From an uncultured virus (IMG/VR IMGVR_UViG_3300038825_001787) (taxonomy: Duplodnaviria; Heunggongvirae; Uroviricota; Caudoviricetes): a stretch of DNA of 64,000 nucleotides. This document shows, piece by piece, positions 62,719-64,000 of this stretch; the first letter of the stretch is position 1; every line of letters starts with the position of its first letter. Location: the IMG/VR virus record IMGVR_UViG_3300038825_001787, one strand, 5' to 3'. The translations under genes were made by a program, and so were the position numbers. The notes beneath the pieces were generated by a model. That model did not search any database and was not told the origin of the DNA. It saw only the letters and a list, made by a program, of their open reading frames with translations.

Positions 62719-63458
62719 CAAACAGAGAAATATTAGACATGATGCAAAATCCTGCGCTCGACGCAGGTGGATATAACGACGTAGTAGCGCAAGTAGACTT
62801 TAGGATGTCGGCACATCCTGACCCCAGAAAGGCAAGAAGAGCAAACATCAAAGCAGCGATTAAGGCATTGAAGCCAAATAAGAGAAGTATGTTCTCACCA
62901 AAAAGACTTTTTAGAGGAAGGCATAGACATGTTAAACCACACGAATGTGTTTGTGACGGTATAGATTGCATAAAAGCAGACTATGGTGATTTGTTTGACC
63001 AATACTTTAGAGATCCAATCACATTAGAAATAGAAGCATTTAGACCAAATACGGGTGTGTTACCTGGAAGGGGTAGAAAAATGACTGGAACCTATTGCCC
63101 GCAACATATGATGCTGTATCATAATTTAATGGAGTGGATACAACAAGAAGAGAAAGAATCAGATCCTGGGTTCTTTGCTTCGATGGCAAAGAAAGGAATT
63201 GCATTCGTACCTATTGTCAGACAACCCGAAGAACCAGAGCATCCTTTAATCGTTAAATGGACACCTATTATACAAGAAGCAATGAAAGATGGTATACAAA
63301 TAGTGCATTATAAAAACCCAATCACAAAAGAAAACGACATTACTATGCTAGTGTTTGATAATAGGGTATTGCAGAACACTGCACCTAGACACAATACCAT
63401 GAAAACAATGGATATGGCAGAATATTACAAGGTCTTAGAAGAAATGCAGAGGCGATGA
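62715..63458 (+). CDS. Hypothetical protein with Cys/His cluster
   Basis: Start moved to ATG 62715 (ATGA overlap with the GTPase stop); CVCDG..C, YCPQH. Confidence 0.75.
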   Translation: MTNREILDMMQNPALDAGGYNDVVAQVDFRMSAHPDPRKARRANIKAAIKALKPNKRSMFSPKRLFRGRHRHVKPHECVCDGIDCIKADYGDLFDQYFRDPITLEIEAFRPNTGVLPGRGRKMTGTYCPQHMMLYHNLMEWIQQEEKESDPGFFASMAKKGIAFVPIVRQPEEPEHPLIVKWTPIIQEAMKDGIQIVHYKNPITKENDITMLVFDNRVLQNTAPRHNTMKTMDMAEYYKVLEEMQRR

Positions 63459-63500
63459 TTATGAGAAACGTTCAATACAAAGGACTAGGGTGGCTCTAAC

Positions 63501-64000
63501 ATGGGATTGTTTGGAAGAAGCAGCACGACCTCCCCTGCGGCGCTAATACCGCCAGGTGTAGGAGGTGGTATATCACAAGATCAAATGAACATGTTCGCTC
63601 AAGCAGCGAATGACTCGGGACTGACTGGATTAGGCATGGGAATGCTAGATCAGGTAACTGGTGGTGGAATAAACACAGATGAAGTAGAACTAATGTATCA
63701 TCTGATGGCTCGCCATCCTAACGAAGTAGACTTATTCTTCGTAGGAAATCCAGACTTCTTATCCGGTTTAGCAGAACTAATATCTACAATTATGAAAAGA
63801 GAATTGTATATATGGTTCAATTCGGAAGCAATAGCGGCAACAGTAAACGCTGCTACGGCAGCAGAATTAGGCTACTCAACTATTACACAAGAGAATATAG
63901 ACAATATCTTAAGCAAAATGTATTCAGCAGATGCTGGACAACAAAGAATCAACGCAGCAGATGCCGAAGCAATAAACCTAATTAATCAACACAAATATGG
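63501..64000 (+). CDS. Hypothetical protein, truncated by window end
   Basis: Open frame from ATG 63501 (MGLFGRSSTTSPAALIPPGVGGG...) to the end. Confidence 0.7.
   Translation, partial: MGLFGRSSTTSPAALIPPGVGGGISQDQMNMFAQAANDSGLTGLGMGMLDQVTGGGINTDEVELMYHLMARHPNEVDLFFVGNPDFLSGLAELISTIMKRELYIWFNSEAIAATVNAATAAELGYSTITQENIDNILSKMYSADAGQQRINAADAEAINLINQHKY

Noticed and set aside
63461..63499. 12-codon ORF MRNVQYKGLGWL
   Set aside because: Too short to support; the GLG could be chance
1..64000. tRNA/rRNA genes, integrase/transposase, DNA polymerase, terminase/portal
   Set aside because: None recognised by eye; intergenic spaces are short. Absence applies to this window only

Overview
A gene-dense, A-rich, mostly plus-strand segment of a large dsDNA virus genome. 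The host is probably archaeal: there is a TFB/TFIIB-like protein, a group II chaperonin (thermosome), RHH regulators, TATA-like boxes about 27-34 nt upstream of many apparently leaderless starts, and GGTGA/GAGG SD motifs. A marine Thermoplasmatota/MG-II host is plausible but only inferred. No terminase, portal or HK97 capsid gene was recognised. Instead the window holds an A32/FtsK-HerA-type packaging ATPase, two candidate single-jelly-roll major capsid proteins, a candidate penton, a protamine/H1-like core protein, many small membrane proteins and spike/fibre genes. This points to an unusually large tailless, inner-membrane virus of the sphaerolipovirus/Singelaviria type. Other recognisable genes are class II RNR, RusA, a transglutaminase-like Cys protease, a HAD phosphatase, a LigD-like AEP-ligase fusion, guanylate-kinase domains, a methyltransferase and an Arf-like small GTPase. 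Three unexplained layers stand out. (1) An Asn-Pro motif punctuates the domain boundaries of the giant proteins at 16-38 kb, which suggests modular cargo polyproteins. (2) An adenain-like [MILF]xG[LIF]G motif recurs in the membrane/core proteins and in the candidate protease itself. (3) About a dozen 80-200 bp TpA-rich DNA islands sit inside unrelated coding sequences every 3-9 kb. All family assignments come from motif recognition by eye, with no database search.
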